Notes: a model not told the origin generated them from the sequence alone. Positions 9,240-18,985 are shown, counted from the stretch's first letter. The stretch: 64,000 nt of DNA from Candidatus Melainabacteria bacterium 17Bon1m (GCA_032128875.1 JAVLKG010000006.1:256001-320000); one strand, 5' to 3'. Translations and numbers: made by a program.

Positions 9240-11207
9240 CTAATCGCCGGTGATTGAACTGATTGTCTCGCTCAGTTGTGTAAGCACCGCAGGATCCTTT
9301 TCGCTAGTCAGCGTGACCAGAATTCCTTTGCCGAAATCAGCAAGGACCATCGAGCCAACTTGCGTTTGCATAACGATTTGCTTGATACGCGAATGCCCCA
9401 TAACCATGATGATGTGATGAGAATTCATGTAAGACACGAGGGTGCAGCCGCCAAGCAATTCAATGTCGACATCATGCGGGAGTGCGCTAGTGATTGGCAA
9501 ACCGTCATAACCGCAAACCATATATCCGAGCACTCCTTGAATTTTCAATATCGGCTCGAGCGCCATCGCCATCTGCTGCGCAGCATCGAGAGTAATCACT
9601 CGGGCGTGGCTGTGTCCAAGCCCTTTCTTTATGACACTATCAATCTTCTGGATGGTATCTTCGGTCAGTAAAAACCTCCCGAGTTCCTTGATATTGCCAG
9701 GACTGTTGGTAGCGTATTTGATATCAGCCAAGCGTCCCAGTGATGAAAGACATTGGTTGACGTCTGTTTCCAAAGCCGAATTCTGGCGAGGAGATTGAAC
9801 ATTCCCAGGCAGGCTTTGAGCTGGAAGTGATGGAGTTTGGGTTGGTAGTGATGGAGTTTCGACCGGAATAAATTGTGGTGCTGTTGGCTCTGTCGGCGGA
9901 TTTGAATATGCGGGTTCGTTAAACAGCTGATTGATGCGGTCACCAATGGCATCTAAGGGCAGAGCACTTGCGCGTGTGACAGGAACGATAGTCGGCTGCG
10001 GAATTTCTACCGGTTGGGTTTCAACCTTTTTCTGTTCGTTTTCAGCAAGCTGTTTCATGATCTCCGCTGTGTTTTTCAAGTTTAGTTTGGAGATGTTTGG
10101 TGCTGAGTTCACTGAGAATGGAACAAGTGGTCCCGTCTCTGTTTGCCCTTGCAAAGCCGGCTTCACAGGTGGTGCCACTGCTGGATACGTGCCCGACTTC
10201 CATTCCATCAATTGTTCATCTGAGAAGTCGTGACCATTTACTAAATGACTTTGAGTCGCTACATTCTGAACTTGCGGACTGACCGTCACAACCATGGATA
10301 CTCCGAGATTGACAGGCGTCGCAAGCTGTTGCATCGTTATGTTCGCAGATACTATGTTTGGACTTGACGTGATTGGTAAAGTAGCTGCAGGAACGACTAT
10401 CGCTTGGGTCTCGTTGATATCTGATGTTTTCGGTTCTACTGGAAGTTCTTGGATTTCTTCTGTCAAGTAACCAGAGTTTGTCTCTAAATGTTCAGCCTCT
10501 TGAGCCTCTTCACGCAGATGTTCGTGTACTTTCTCTCTGATCGCCTCTGCAAGAGTTTTGCCAACTTCTTCAACGGGTTGACTATTCTTGTGAATGTTTA
10601 GCTTCTTACCTAATCCGCCTACAGCGGAGTATGTTCCAGTAACATACTGATCGACTGCCGGCAGACCATGAGGAGTTTTCTCCTTTGCTGGCTCACTGAG
10701 ATGTTCTTTCTTTGGGCTAAGCACAGCTGGATCAATTTTGCTTTGTGCACCACTGTTACTAACAGATCTATTTTTGTGCGACGAGTCGGCACCAGGGTTA
10801 GTGCCTTGAGTGCTCTGTTGAATAGCTGTATAACCTGCTGAAAATCCAGTTGAGGAGCTGGCTTTCAGCCGTGTCGCGGAATTGCTGGCGACACTTCTTG
10901 TGCTGCGCAGATCATTCTTTCGATTTTTATGACCTGCGAAAATATCGAGAAGAGGTTCCCAAAAACTTGCTTTTGCATTGGGGAGACTATCAATAATTTC
11001 AACCGCCAACCGGCTGCTGTCCCCTGGTCTGACGCTCTCCGGAAGTTCTAAATCATGCACCGCTGCAACGATCTGGCTCAGGTTTGCACGAAAACTCGCT
11101 GCTGAGTCGTTGACCATAAGCACACGCCTCAGCCGCATCTCCTCTTCCTGCGACAGATTACCGTCCAACTCTCGCTGAATCAGAAGCCGTGTTTGAGATT
11201 CATTCAT
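9240..11207 (-). CDS. Protein with anti-sigma-like N-terminal helix pair, long low-complexity linker and C-terminal Roadblock/LC7 (MglB-like) domain
   Basis: Likely start MNESQ at 11207 after a G-rich RBS; C-terminus IQGVLGYMVCGYDGLPITS..QIVMQTQVGSMVLADFGKGILVTL. Confidence 0.7.
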   Translation of the reverse strand: MNESQTRLLIQRELDGNLSQEEEMRLRRVLMVNDSAASFRANLSQIVAAVHDLELPESVRPGDSSRLAVEIIDSLPNAKASFWEPLLDIFAGHKNRKNDLRSTRSVASNSATRLKASSSTGFSAGYTAIQQSTQGTNPGADSSHKNRSVSNSGAQSKIDPAVLSPKKEHLSEPAKEKTPHGLPAVDQYVTGTYSAVGGLGKKLNIHKNSQPVEEVGKTLAEAIREKVHEHLREEAQEAEHLETNSGYLTEEIQELPVEPKTSDINETQAIVVPAATLPITSSPNIVSANITMQQLATPVNLGVSMVVTVSPQVQNVATQSHLVNGHDFSDEQLMEWKSGTYPAVAPPVKPALQGQTETGPLVPFSVNSAPNISKLNLKNTAEIMKQLAENEQKKVETQPVEIPQPTIVPVTRASALPLDAIGDRINQLFNEPAYSNPPTEPTAPQFIPVETPSLPTQTPSLPAQSLPGNVQSPRQNSALETDVNQCLSSLGRLADIKYATNSPGNIKELGRFLLTEDTIQKIDSVIKKGLGHSHARVITLDAAQQMAMALEPILKIQGVLGYMVCGYDGLPITSALPHDVDIELLGGCTLVSYMNSHHIIMVMGHSRIKQIVMQTQVGSMVLADFGKGILVTLTSEKDPAVLTQLSETISSITGD

Positions 11208-11741
11208 ACGTCCCCCCATTCCACTAGACGCCAACTCGGGAATGCGTCTGGTGGATGCAAAAGCGTGGCCACGGCTCGAAAGCCGCTGGACACAAGCTAT
11301 TTTTGATGTGTGATTTCGTTTTCTATGTGCAGCAGCGCAACGCACTTAGCGCCTGAAGCACAGTTCGTTTACCTATTCCCTCAACAGCAAGGCGCGTACT
11401 CCTTGCCTGTGTAATTGCCGCCAATGCCCGTAAAGGGCCGCCAAAGCTGAATACAGCCGTATCTGCATCTTTGCATGCACCCAAGAATGTTGTCAAGAGA
11501 ACGCGAAGAGCCTAAGAACAGCAACAGGATGAGTTCTTCAAACTTTGCTTGTTCTACCTTAACTAAACTTCAACAGGGTGCCGGATGAAAACCGCGATTG
11601 CAAGCGGGTTTTAGGAAGACCGTATCTCAATCGATTCCGACGTTTGTGGCGGAGCCGTATATGTAGAATCTGCATGAGGATTATGAGAGGTCTATAATTG
11701 TGCCTGGAATCTCGTGATTGTCGAATTTGAGGTCCGGCCGT

Positions 11742-12509
11742 ATGCGTTTTTCGCCTTTTGTGAAAAGGAGCTGTATTCCTGTCTTAGCCGCCCTTCTCTT
11801 GCTTGACGGCGCGTTCTTGATCGCTCCTTCTTTTGCTCAAAGTTATGGTGACGTCACTGTAAGGAAGAATCCGGACGGATCAATCGAGACATTCGATACC
11901 TCCAGTTCATCGGCTCCTGCGCCAAGGCGCGGTTCAAGTTCTGGACATAGGCGTGGGACCCAGAAGTACAGCGATGGCGTCGTCGTTAGAAAAAATGCTG
12001 ATGGCTCAATCGAAACTTACGATTCGGGCAGTGGAGCGGCACCGCTACATTCAACAGGTCGCTCTTCTTCTTCGCGTGCAGCAAGCAAGTATGGCGAACG
12101 AGTTACTGTGCGAAAGAAGTCCGGCAACTCGACACCTGCACCCCCGAAGTCCAAAGCCAGTTCAACTAGTGTTCACAAATTCGTGCATAAATATTCGAAA
12201 GATGTCACGGTCAAGAAGAATCCTGATGGTACGATCGAGGTCATCGGTTTTGAAGGCGCACCGGCTCCGAAAGGCAAGTCGCAGTCTTCAGCGAAAGTGA
12301 CCTCATCGGCAAAGCCGAGTTCTACTGCAAAGTCGAGCTCAACAAGCAAATCGGGGTCAGCAAGCAAATCGAGCACTTCAACAAAAGCCGGCAGCGCTGC
12401 TAGAACCAAGCATCACTCTGCTCGCAGACCGAGAGGTCATGGAAATTTTGGTGACGTAAGAGTCATAAGAAATCCAGACGGCTCGATTGAGACCTACGAC
12501 TCAAACTGA
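11742..12509 (+). CDS. Secreted Ser/Lys-rich protein with repeated DVxVxKNPDGSIETxD modules
   Basis: Signal peptide ending SFA; four clear and one degenerate copy of the motif. Confidence 0.7.
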   Translation: MRFSPFVKRSCIPVLAALLLLDGAFLIAPSFAQSYGDVTVRKNPDGSIETFDTSSSSAPAPRRGSSSGHRRGTQKYSDGVVVRKNADGSIETYDSGSGAAPLHSTGRSSSSRAASKYGERVTVRKKSGNSTPAPPKSKASSTSVHKFVHKYSKDVTVKKNPDGTIEVIGFEGAPAPKGKSQSSAKVTSSAKPSSTAKSSSTSKSGSASKSSTSTKAGSAARTKHHSARRPRGHGNFGDVRVIRNPDGSIETYDSN

Positions 12510-12560
12510 GATTGTGAGCTGTTTCTCACAGAAAAAGCGGAAAAAGGAAACAAGGTAATC

Positions 12561-13595
12561 ATGCAATACGATGCGGTGCTGGTCATCTCCTTCGGCGGTC
12601 CGGAAGGAAAGGATGATGTGATGCCATTTTTACAGAACGTTCTGCGCGGCAAGAATGTTCCGGAAAAGCGCATGAAGGAAGTCGCGCACCATTATGATTT
12701 GTTCGGTGGCGTTAGTCCAATTAATGGACAGAACCGGCGCCTCATCTCCGCTTTGAAGGATGAGCTCAAGAAGCACAATATCGATCTGCCGGTTTATTGG
12801 GGAAATCGAAATTGGCATCCAATGCTCGCCGACACGCTGCGCAAAATGAAAGATGCCGGTGTCAAAAGAGCAATTGCGTTTGTCACTTCCGCATATGGTA
12901 GTTATTCCGGCTGTCGCCAGTATCTTGATGATATTGAGCGCGCTCGCGCCGAGGTTGGCGAGGGCGCTCCTGAAGTGGACAAGCTGCGCTTGTTTTACAA
13001 CCATCCGAAGTTTATAGAATCCAATGTCTCTCACTTACTCGATTCGCTAAATCATATTCCAGAGCAGCGTAGAGCGAATGTCCATGTGATTTTTACCGCG
13101 CACAGTATCCCCACTTCGATGTCGGAAAGCTGCGATTACGAAGCGCAGTTGCTAGAAACCTGCAGGCTGGTGGCGTTGGCTGCCGGTGTTTCAGATTGGA
13201 ATCTCGCATATCAAAGTCGTAGCGGTCCCGCCACCCAACCTTGGTTGGAGCCTGACATCCAAGATCACCTGCGCGATGTCGCACATCGGAAAATAAAGGA
13301 CGTTGTTGTTCTGCCGATTGGTTTTGTGTCCGATCACATGGAAATCATTTATGACCTGGATACCGAAGCCGCGTCCGTGGCCGGAAAAGTAGGCATCAAT
13401 TTTGAACGCTCTTTGACTGCCGGTACCCATCCTGCGTTTATATCAATGATTCGCGAATTGATCGAAGAGCGGTTGCAGGACACAGAAGAGCGCCCGTACG
13501 AGGGTACACGAGGTGTGTCGCCTGACTTCTGTCACCCAGATTGCTGTCCTCGTCCGGTCAGACCACAAGCTGCAACATCTACGACATCGGCTTGA
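12561..13595 (+). CDS. hemH: Ferrochelatase
   Basis: SFGGPE, GGVSPIN, FTAHSIP, YQSRSG..PWLEPD, PIGFVSDHMEIIYDLD. Confidence 0.95.
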   Translation: MQYDAVLVISFGGPEGKDDVMPFLQNVLRGKNVPEKRMKEVAHHYDLFGGVSPINGQNRRLISALKDELKKHNIDLPVYWGNRNWHPMLADTLRKMKDAGVKRAIAFVTSAYGSYSGCRQYLDDIERARAEVGEGAPEVDKLRLFYNHPKFIESNVSHLLDSLNHIPEQRRANVHVIFTAHSIPTSMSESCDYEAQLLETCRLVALAAGVSDWNLAYQSRSGPATQPWLEPDIQDHLRDVAHRKIKDVVVLPIGFVSDHMEIIYDLDTEAASVAGKVGINFERSLTAGTHPAFISMIRELIEERLQDTEERPYEGTRGVSPDFCHPDCCPRPVRPQAATSTTSA

Positions 13596-13660
13596 CAAGC
13601 GCGCTTTTCGGCGCCGTACGTGATACCTTTTGGGACGGTAAAGTAGGCCCAGAGGTTGAT

Positions 13661-14500
13661 ATGTCACGCATTCAAAGTGTTCGGACTGCTCAGACTGCGC
13701 TTTTGGTTTTCTGTGTAACTATGGGACTTTGCGCCCCGCTTGCCCATGCAGCCGAGTCGAAAGACCCTAAGATTTACGCTCACCGTGGCGGCGCCAAGTG
13801 GGCGCCTGAAAACACCATGGCCGCGTTTCGCAAGTGCAAAGAAAATGGCGTCTACGGCATCGAATTGGATATTCAACGCTGCAAGACCGGCGAACTTGTC
13901 GTTATTCATGACGAGGACTTGAAGCGCACCACCAATGGTACCGGGCTCATCAAAGACGTTAGTTTTGCCGATTTGAGCAAACTTGACGCAGGCAGTTGGT
14001 TTGGTGAACAGTTCAAGAATGAGCGCGTGCCGCTGCTCTCAGATGTTTTAAAACTGCTTGATGGCAAGGTTGTTCTCAATATCGAGATTAAAAACACGCC
14101 CGTCAACTATCCAGGAATTGAAGACGATTTGCTCAAGGTTCTTGCAGATTACAAGTATCCGGACACCATTATTATCAGCTCGTTCGATCATGAGGTGCTA
14201 AAGCGTCTTCATGCGAAGAGTTCCAAATATGCCATTGCTCTGCTGGGCGATCCGATTATTTGCGATGTTGGGCAGTACGCCAAGCAAGTTGGCGCCACAG
14301 CATGGCACCCGTATTTTGGCAGTATGCGCAAAGATGTAATTGATACCGCTCACGGTGCTTCACTCAAAGTCAACGTGTGGACTCCTAATAAAAAGCCTGA
14401 ATGGGAAGAATTGATATCACAGGGAGTCGATGGCATTGTGACCGATGATCCAAAAGCGCTGAGCGAATATCTTGGTCGCCGCGAGCGGAAGCAGAAGTAA
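13661..14500 (+). CDS. Exported glycerophosphodiester phosphodiesterase (GlpQ/UgpQ family)
   Basis: AHRGG..PENT, IELDIQ, VIHD, LNIEIK, GVDGIVTDDP; signal peptide. Confidence 0.92.
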   Translation: MSRIQSVRTAQTALLVFCVTMGLCAPLAHAAESKDPKIYAHRGGAKWAPENTMAAFRKCKENGVYGIELDIQRCKTGELVVIHDEDLKRTTNGTGLIKDVSFADLSKLDAGSWFGEQFKNERVPLLSDVLKLLDGKVVLNIEIKNTPVNYPGIEDDLLKVLADYKYPDTIIISSFDHEVLKRLHAKSSKYAIALLGDPIICDVGQYAKQVGATAWHPYFGSMRKDVIDTAHGASLKVNVWTPNKKPEWEELISQGVDGIVTDDPKALSEYLGRRERKQK

Positions 14501-14547
14501 AATAAGAGAAAGTTTGATTGAATCGTAATACGTCTAGGTGAGGGTCT

Positions 14548-15951
14548 ATGAGTTTCAAACGCACTGCAATCAGTCTGAGCATTCTGGGTGTGCTTGCCGG
14601 CGCACCGGTGTTTGCCGAAGGGGAAAACCCAAAATTCGAGAAGGCAAAAGCTACGGCACAAGCGTCAACGGATGCAGGTGAGTGGAAAAAGGCTGAGACT
14701 GCGTGGGGCAAGTGCCTTGACACGTTGGAAGCAGTAGGCGAAGCACCTGCAGACGCCAATCTGGAACTCACTCTGAAGCGTCTTGCTCAAGCATGTCGTC
14801 AAAACGGTGATTATGGCGATGGTATGGCATATCTGCAGCGGGCAATTGATACGGCTGCAAAATGCGGTATTTCCGATCCTGATTTGCAAACTGAAGCCAA
14901 CGAGCTTGGCAAATTCTGCCGAATTATCGATCCGGCAAAGCTGGGAAAAGACGCGGAAAAATTGATTCGCGACAACAAAGCTACCATCATCGTTGTGAAA
15001 GACAAAGACGAAGGCAACTTTATTGTCACTGTGACAATTCCTAATCGCATCGAGAACACCACCGGCGACGATAAAGTCGATCAAATCGCGATGGAAAAGT
15101 CGGTCACGTTAAACCTCAACGAAGGCACAGACGGAACAGTCGCCGCAACCAACATCAAAGGGTTCAAAATTCACGTTGTCGAAAAGAAAATGTGGGTCAA
15201 CTTGCTTGCCGCTAAGTTCGCCAAGCCTAATGAGACTGGCGCGCGCGATGTAGCTATCACCGCGGGCAAAATGGGCGTGACGAAAACCGTTACTCAGTCT
15301 GTGGATGCCAATTTCTATCAACCAGTTGCCGCATTCGTAGAAGAGACCAAACTCTTCGGCACACCAACTGATATTGCAATCGGAGCTACTCCTGCGACCT
15401 CAACCACTGCCACGAGCTCAACATCCTCTACCACTTCTCTTACGAGCAATGGCAGCAGTGTGACTCCGGCGTCGACCGCTGTTACGACAAGCAGCACAGC
15501 TCCTGTGACGACCACCACAGCTCCTGTGACGACCACCACAACTACCACCACTGGCGCTGCAGACCTGACTATACCGGCTTCGAATGGTACTCCCGCCACT
15601 ACCACTTCGACTACCACCTCAACCTCAACGACGACAACTTCGACTCCGGTTGAGACGACAACCACGACTACTTCCACGTCATCGACAACAACAACTCCCG
15701 AAGCTGTTCCTGAGAAGAAGACGGAAATCGAAACCACCACGGTGATCGATCTCAGCGAACAGAAGAAAAAGGAAGACGCACCGAAGGTTGAAGAGCCGCA
15801 GCAACAAAGCAGCTCATCAGTGCAGAAGGAAGCTAGCAGCACGTCAGCAACTACGTCGGTAAAGAAACACCGTGATCATGACGATGACGACGATGATGAT
15901 GACGACGATGACGACAAAGAAAAAAAGAAACGCGACCGCGACGACGACTAG
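14548..15951 (+). CDS. Secreted protein with TPR-like N-terminus, Thr/Ser-rich linker and poly-Asp/Lys tail
   Basis: Signal peptide; helical repeat; long poly-Thr region; terminal DDDDDDDDDDDKEKKKRDRDDD. Confidence 0.7.
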   Translation: MSFKRTAISLSILGVLAGAPVFAEGENPKFEKAKATAQASTDAGEWKKAETAWGKCLDTLEAVGEAPADANLELTLKRLAQACRQNGDYGDGMAYLQRAIDTAAKCGISDPDLQTEANELGKFCRIIDPAKLGKDAEKLIRDNKATIIVVKDKDEGNFIVTVTIPNRIENTTGDDKVDQIAMEKSVTLNLNEGTDGTVAATNIKGFKIHVVEKKMWVNLLAAKFAKPNETGARDVAITAGKMGVTKTVTQSVDANFYQPVAAFVEETKLFGTPTDIAIGATPATSTTATSSTSSTTSLTSNGSSVTPASTAVTTSSTAPVTTTTAPVTTTTTTTTGAADLTIPASNGTPATTTSTTTSTSTTTTSTPVETTTTTTSTSSTTTTPEAVPEKKTEIETTTVIDLSEQKKKEDAPKVEEPQQQSSSSVQKEASSTSATTSVKKHRDHDDDDDDDDDDDDKEKKKRDRDDD

Positions 15952-15959
15952 CTTTTGGC

Positions 15960-15982
15960 GTGGGGGCGCATTGCATGCGCCC
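15960..15982 (+). repeat. REP-like palindrome
   Basis: GTGG-GGGCGCAT-TGC-ATGCGCCC; near-identical to the reverse-strand copies at 16550 and 53750. Confidence 0.7.
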
Positions 15983-16006
15983 TTTTTCGATTCCACATAA
16001 GCACAA

Positions 16007-16032
16007 GAAAAGGGCTCATGCGAGCCCTTTTC
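16007..16032. terminator. Bidirectional intrinsic terminator between convergent genes
   Basis: GAAAAGGGCTC-ATGC-GAGCCCTTTTC perfect inverted repeat with A/T tracts. Confidence 0.75.
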
Positions 16033-16094
16033 GTTTAATTGATCTGCTTTCGTTTAGTGACAGGAATTTGCCTTCTGTCTCTATTGTTAAAAGC

Positions 16095-16469
16095 CTACTG
16101 ACCTTGTGGTGCAGTGAATTTGTTTTGCATAAAGGTATCGAGACCTTGCTTCAACAATCCGCCGAACCCACCTTGTGGATTGGTTCCAGGCATACCTGGT
16201 TGAGTTGGTGCTGCACCGATCGGAGCTACGGCTGAAGCTCCCAGCGAAACTTGAACTGCCCGTGGATCTTGCGCAGTCATTTGCCCTTGTGGTGAAACGA
16301 TAACAAACAGAGACTGCCCTGTCGCCAGGTTGCTCATTAAATACTGACCAGCCGGGAGTGTCGAGGTGCCAACAGAGACGAAGTTTGTATTGTATTGCGA
16401 CCATGCAGCAAGCGGAAACAACACCGCGGCTGCAAACACGGCGCCGGTTACGAATTGCTTTCTCTTCAT
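16095..16469 (-). CDS. Small secreted hypothetical protein
   Basis: Signal peptide MKRKQFVTGAVFAAAVLFPLAAWS; GGAG RBS upstream. Confidence 0.7.
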   Translation of the reverse strand: MKRKQFVTGAVFAAAVLFPLAAWSQYNTNFVSVGTSTLPAGQYLMSNLATGQSLFVIVSPQGQMTAQDPRAVQVSLGASAVAPIGAAPTQPGMPGTNPQGGFGGLLKQGLDTFMQNKFTAPQGQ

Positions 16470-16549
16470 CCCAATACTCCTTCTAGCTGTGACGACCGCC
16501 TATTGTACACGGTCGCCTGTGAGGGCTATGTGGGATGTAAACGGAAACT

Positions 16550-16662
16550 GGGCGCGTGCAACGCGCCCCCACGCTTTTGCCTACGATGCGCCCCCACGCT
16601 TTTGCCTACGACGCGCCCCCACGCTGTTGCAGTGCTCAGCAGCGGACCCCCACGCTTTTGCG
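16550..16662. repeat. REP-like palindrome followed by 25-bp tandem repeats derived from it
   Basis: GGGCGCGTGCAACGCGCCCCCAC, then units A(C/T)GCGCCCCCACGCTTTTGCCTACG at 16561 and 16586, a partial at 16611 and a degenerate copy near 16646. Confidence 0.8.
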
Positions 16663-16794
16663 GTTCCTGAAGGTGAACTTAGGCAAACATTCCCAGGATT
16701 GTTCGCCTTGCAAGTCTGGGGTTTTCCCGGATCGTTTTTCCTCGCCTTCTCAACATAATTGGCTTCAAGAGGCGACCGCATTTAAGAGGCAAAT

Positions 16795-18138
16795 ATGTCC
16801 CGACGAGCAATCAATACTCTGACCCTGCTTGCGATAGTCGCAGGTACCGTGGCTGTCCTGCCAGCTTCAGCGCAGACAGATGGAGCGAAAAGGACAGCTG
16901 AGTTTCCTGTGAAGGGTTTGATTAACGAGAGAATTGATCAGATCAACGGCTGGCAACCGAGACTTGCGGACAAACCAGTCATTCAGGGAGTGCGTCGTCT
17001 GGTACCTGCTGATATGAGCAAAGGGCGCGTTGAAATGCCGGTCAAAAGCTTGCTGTTCGACAAATTTAAGCAGCCAGCCGAAGCAAGTAAAGCTCGATCA
17101 GTTGTGGTGCCAGAGTCAGTTGCGGTTCCGGTTCCGCCACCTGCGGAGCTTCGTTTAAGGGCTCCTGCGAAAACTGTGGGCAGTTCGCAGAAGCCCTCAT
17201 TGAAAAATCGCAATGAAAAGGTCGAGCCGGGTAAAGTTCGCTGGCACAAAATGGTTCAAACCGCGATGGACGCGTCTAAGCAGTCTGGCAAACCGGTTTT
17301 GCTGTTTCAGATGATGGGTCATCTCGATGACCGTTTTTGTTGAACGAATGCGCGCCTGGCGAGAACCGTGTTGTTCTCGGATGAAACTGTAGCCAAAGAA
17401 ATCAATGAGAAATTCGAACCAGTCTGGGTTAGTGTGCGCGAAGTTCCGACGGTTACTATTGATTTTGGCAATGGCCATAAAATCAAACGTACTCTGCATG
17501 GCAATGTCGCGTCATATGTACTCACCGCGGATGGTACCATCGTTGATATTCTGCCGGGATTGTACGAGCGCGATGAGTACGTGAAACAGCTCAACAATCT
17601 GTTCTGGGTTCATCACTACATGCCCCTGAGCAGAAATGCGCAAGTATTCCTCGCTGATTATCATAGAGAGCAAGCTCAGTCGATCAAAACGAGCGGGAAA
17701 GCCTTGGAAGTGAGGCCCTTTGCCGACATGTCGAAAATGGCAATCGAGATCAGTACGAAGACAATTTTGCGACCGCCGGGCTGGAGCGCCGGACGTAAAT
17801 CTGGCGTGAAACCTGTGGCAACTGTTGAACATCCCGATTTTTCAAAACCAGGAGAACTCGCACACTGGCGTAAGCTCTTCGATGACACCGCTATCAACGA
17901 AAGAGAGCGCCGCGGACCTGTACATGCGATGTTGTTGGCTCATCCTGTCGCGAAACCCGCGGATGTCACAAAGCAGCTTTATCGCGAAGTGCTTCACGCA
18001 GATATCGACGACCCGTATCTGGGGCTCGGCGAAACACTCTTCAAGGACTACCCATTTACTGAGGATAATCCGGAAGATGCCTCGAGGGCGTCCCTGGGAG
18101 TAAAGCACCGCGCTTCTGAAGGTTCGCAAGCCATCTGA
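16795..18138 (+). CDS. Candidate selenoprotein (447 aa, Sec183) with thioredoxin-like fold and selenoprotein N-like C-U motif; exported
   Basis: ORFs 16795-17343 and 17368-18138 are in frame, separated only by TGA 17341-17343 and eight sense codons; read-through gives WHKMVQTAMDASKQSGKPVLLFQMMGHLDDRFC-U-TNARLARTVLFSDETVAKEINEKFEPVW; SECIS-like hairpin follows; N-terminal signal peptide. Confidence 0.8.
17360..17379 (+). promoter_or_regulatory. Putative bacterial SECIS element
   Basis: Perfect 7-bp stem CGAGAAC/GTTCTCG with loop CGTGTT (GU at loop positions 2-3); 23 nt lie between the UGA and the loop. Confidence 0.65.
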
Positions 18139-18221
18139 TCAGTTGTTCAACTGTTCTGCATCAGTGCTAGATCATTTTTTTCGGTATACCCTGTATGCTG
18201 TGAAAGAGATTTAGGAATTGT

Positions 18222-18962
18222 ATGTCGGACTTGTCAGACGAAGAAAACGAATCAGTCGTCGCCAGAGCATTAAAGGAATACGCTCGGCTGCGAGAACTGT
18301 GGATCATCATTTGCATGATGATTCTCCCGTATTCGATCATCTGGTTGGGGATGAACTTTTTCAAGAGCGCAGTGTGGAGTTTGGCTCTTTATCACGGTTT
18401 ATGCCTTTTGCCTGGCATTATTTGGGGAAAGGAAACGTTCCGAAAACATCTGCGCATACCAGGCTATTTGGAGTTGCTTGGGCTGGTCATAGCAAGCGCA
18501 CTATTTTCTTTCGCTTCATTGTTTACTTATCAGCATTTTGGTTCGATGGTTCTGTCCGACCAACACGTGTTTGATTTGATGCAGACGCTAGGATATAACC
18601 GCGACATTTTTACCCCTCTGTGTGTTTACATTGTCGTTGTAAATCCGGCGCTGGAAGAACTTTTCTGGCGCGGTTTTGTGATGAACAAACTAGACGAGTT
18701 GTGTCCGGACTTTCCTCATTGTGGATTGATTTGGTCTTCGTTTGCTTATGGTGCGTTCCATTATCCGATTATGCAATTGGTGATGTATCCCGGCTGGGCC
18801 GAGTTTGGCACCGTTGCGCTTATGGTGTATGGTGCAGGTCTCGGCATTCTGTATCGCAAAACCAAATCCGTGATTATGCCCGCACTTGCGCACGCTCTTC
18901 TGACCGATCTCTCGGCTGTTCTGCTCATGCTGGCGCTGTTTCAAAAATTGAACGTAAAATAG
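18222..18962 (+). CDS. CPBP (Abi/CAAX type II) intramembrane metalloprotease
   Basis: EELFWRGF, YGAFH and AHALLTD motifs; multiple TM helices. Confidence 0.85.
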   Translation: MSDLSDEENESVVARALKEYARLRELWIIICMMILPYSIIWLGMNFFKSAVWSLALYHGLCLLPGIIWGKETFRKHLRIPGYLELLGLVIASALFSFASLFTYQHFGSMVLSDQHVFDLMQTLGYNRDIFTPLCVYIVVVNPALEELFWRGFVMNKLDELCPDFPHCGLIWSSFAYGAFHYPIMQLVMYPGWAEFGTVALMVYGAGLGILYRKTKSVIMPALAHALLTDLSAVLLMLALFQKLNVK

Positions 18963-18985
18963 AGTCTATTTTGATTTCAGATAGG

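Noticed and set aside
16550-16662. CRISPR-like repeat array
   Set aside because: Units are contiguous 25-bp tandem copies with no unique spacers, derive from a dispersed REP-like palindrome, and no cas genes are present
17341-17343. Pseudogene (nonsense mutation) reading of the in-frame TGA
   Set aside because: Not excluded, but disfavoured: the stop is UGA, sits next to Cys at the predicted redox site, is followed by a SECIS-like hairpin, and both halves are otherwise intact
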